Origin: a virus
Lineage: Duplodnaviria > Heunggongvirae > Uroviricota > Caudoviricetes
Length of the DNA stretch: 6,326 nucleotides
Reading direction: 5' to 3' (one strand)
IMG/VR virus record: IMGVR_UViG_2690316345_000003
Coordinates: 1-6,326 of that record
The notes below the pieces were generated by a model, which was not told where the DNA came from, made no database searches, and worked only from the letters and a program-made list of their open reading frames with translations. Numbering within the stretch: the stretch's first letter is position 1; each line of letters opens with the position of its first letter. Both the position numbers and the translations under genes were made by a program. Below, piece after piece: positions 6,201-6,326 of this stretch.

Positions 6201-6326
6201 GGTGATGCTGCCAACTTACTGATTTAGTGTATGATGGTGTTTTTGAGGTGCTCCAGTGGCTTCTGTTTCTATCAGCTGTCCCTCCTGTTCAGCTACTGAC
6301 GGGGTGGTGCGTAACGGCAAAAGCAC
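6201..6326 (+). mobile_element. IS1: IS1 insertion sequence, left (5') end only; the element continues beyond the window
   Basis: GGTGATGCTGCCAACTTACTGATTTAGTGTATGATGGTGTTTTTGAGGTGCTCCAGTGGCTTCTG… is the IS1 left terminal inverted repeat and the start of insA as I recall them. It is in the same orientation as the copy at 1-115. Confidence 0.9.
6256..6326 (+). CDS. insA: IS1 InsA, N-terminal fragment (3' end lies outside the window)
   Basis: From the GTG start at 6256 the frame reads (M)[23 protein letters not shown]…, the known InsA N-terminus with its C-x2-C motif. Confidence 0.8.
   Translation, partial: [23 protein letters not shown]

Noticed and set aside
1-6326. CRISPR array, tRNA, rRNA or attachment-site core
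   Set aside because: There are no regularly spaced direct repeats, no cloverleaf-compatible segment and no rRNA-like sequence. The only repeats are the IS1 ends, the intragenic recE linker repeats and three unrelated hairpins.
1-6326. A novel defence or toxin-antitoxin system in this window
   Set aside because: Every intact ORF is accounted for by a recognisable Rac-type prophage gene or by IS1. The only unassigned coding sequence is a truncated fragment (116-332), which is not enough to propose a system.
1-6326. Chi sites (GCTGGTGG) near the recombination genes
   Set aside because: No exact match was seen on visual scanning; near-matches such as GCTGGTGC at about 4545 are not Chi. A computational scan of both strands would be needed to be certain.

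Overview
This 6.3 kb window reads as a degraded Rac-type lambdoid prophage segment from an E. coli/Shigella-like enterobacterium, bracketed at both ends by partial IS1 copies in the same orientation. All genes are on the + strand in the order: IS1 3' end (1-115), an unidentified 5'-truncated gene fragment (116-332), kilR (379-600), ydaE (600-770), racC broken by a +1 frameshift in a C5 run (844-1120), recE (1221-3968), recT (3961-4770), ralR/lar (4827-5021), ydaC (5014-5202), an excisionase (5303-5590), and an integrase N-terminal fragment cut by IS1 insertion just after the conserved catalytic Arg (5556-6200), followed by the IS1 5' end (6201-6326). There are no tRNA, rRNA or CRISPR features. 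Three perfect GC-rich hairpins sit in intergenic gaps, and several gene pairs have overlapping stop/start codons. I do not see a clearly novel system; the items worth a second look are the IS1 bracketing, the inactivated integrase, the racC frameshift, the unidentified fragment next to the left IS1, and the acidic N-terminal part of RecE. Gene identities rest on my recall of E. coli K-12 Rac proteins plus motifs visible in the sequence, with no database search possible here. All minus-strand ORFs in the supplied track look like antisense artefacts.
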